Source: Macrostomum lignano
Taxonomy: Eukaryota
DNA length: 64,000 nt
Direction of reading: 5' to 3'
Assembly (NCBI GenBank): GCA_002269645.1
Contig: NIVC01002322.1
Coordinates: forward strand, 120,137 to 184,136
Shown here: positions 63,758 to 64,000 of the stretch, piece by piece
Numbering within the stretch: the first letter of the stretch is position 1
How the letters are laid out: the number at the start of each line of letters is the position of its first letter
The notes under the pieces: generated by a model
Database searches by the model: none
What the model saw: only the letters and a program-made list of their open reading frames with translations
Told to the model about the DNA's origin: nothing
Translations under genes and position numbers: made by a program

Positions 63758-64000
63758 TCAATTTGTTAAAATTCTATGTTTCCTTTCTAACCTCGGATTG
63801 ATATAAATATGTTTGTATTGGCTATCAATCCCAAATTTTTTACACATACTTTTAAATGGTTTTGCATCCAATCCGGGATTAAATCTAGCGTGAATATTTT
63901 GTAGATCATAGTTATCTAAATCAAACATTACACAACAGCTAGCATTCTTTTTTAATCGATTCTAATTCTCTAAAGGATTGAGTAAGATAAAAAGCTCCAT
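63758..64000 (-). pseudogene. C-terminal part of A32-like (FtsK-HerA) packaging ATPase, cut by the window edge, one frameshift
   Basis: YLTQSF..L..I|KNASCCVMF...DLQNI...FKSMC...IYIN matches the Q...IR.N sensor/arginine-finger region; stop at 63758-63760. Confidence 0.7.

Larger units (their letters stand above)
52401..64000. mobile_element. Endogenous Polinton/Maverick-like (adintovirus-like) dsDNA virus, left part
   Basis: AGTAGT-starting inverted-repeat end; abrupt switch to AT-rich, intronless, tightly packed ORFs; protein-primed PolB, penton, adenain-like protease, A32-like ATPase, fibre and pX-like proteins. Truncated by the window edge. Confidence 0.93.

Overview
Eukaryotic, animal-like genomic window: short GC-rich exons are separated by introns packed with micro- and minisatellites. 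The style suggests a repeat-rich invertebrate such as a Macrostomum-type flatworm, but that is inference only. (1) 6.2-16.3 kb (+): a multi-exon adhesion GPCR (GAIN/GPS + 7TM). (2) 29.7-18.1 kb (-): a 7-exon gene I could reconstruct fully in phase (505 aa: signal peptide-CAP/SCP-EGF-EGF-unassigned domain-furin site-GPI-type tail). (3) 23,837-28,178 (+): a Ngaro/DIRS-class tyrosine-recombinase retrotransposon with split direct repeats (A1..B1A2..B2), lying antisense in intron 2 of that gene. Its gag stop is preceded by a correctly phased A AAA AAC slippery site. (4) 30-52 kb: mostly satellites plus exon-like fragments I could not assign. (5) 52.4 kb to the window end: an AT-rich, intronless, gene-dense endogenous Polinton/Maverick (adintovirus-like) virus. 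Its left end carries AGTAGT-bounded nested hairpins. It encodes two adenovirus pVI/pX-like precursor proteins with many GxG/GG motifs, an intact TP-vOTU-pPolB, several small ORFs, a fibre-like protein carrying F5/8C-like and L-type lectin domains, an adenain/Ulp1-like protease, a penton, and the C-terminus of an A32-like packaging ATPase. Major capsid protein, integrase and the right end are not in the window. Many viral ORFs are broken by 1-nt deletions, which may be long-read assembly errors. All assignments are by-eye motif recognition; no database searches were run.
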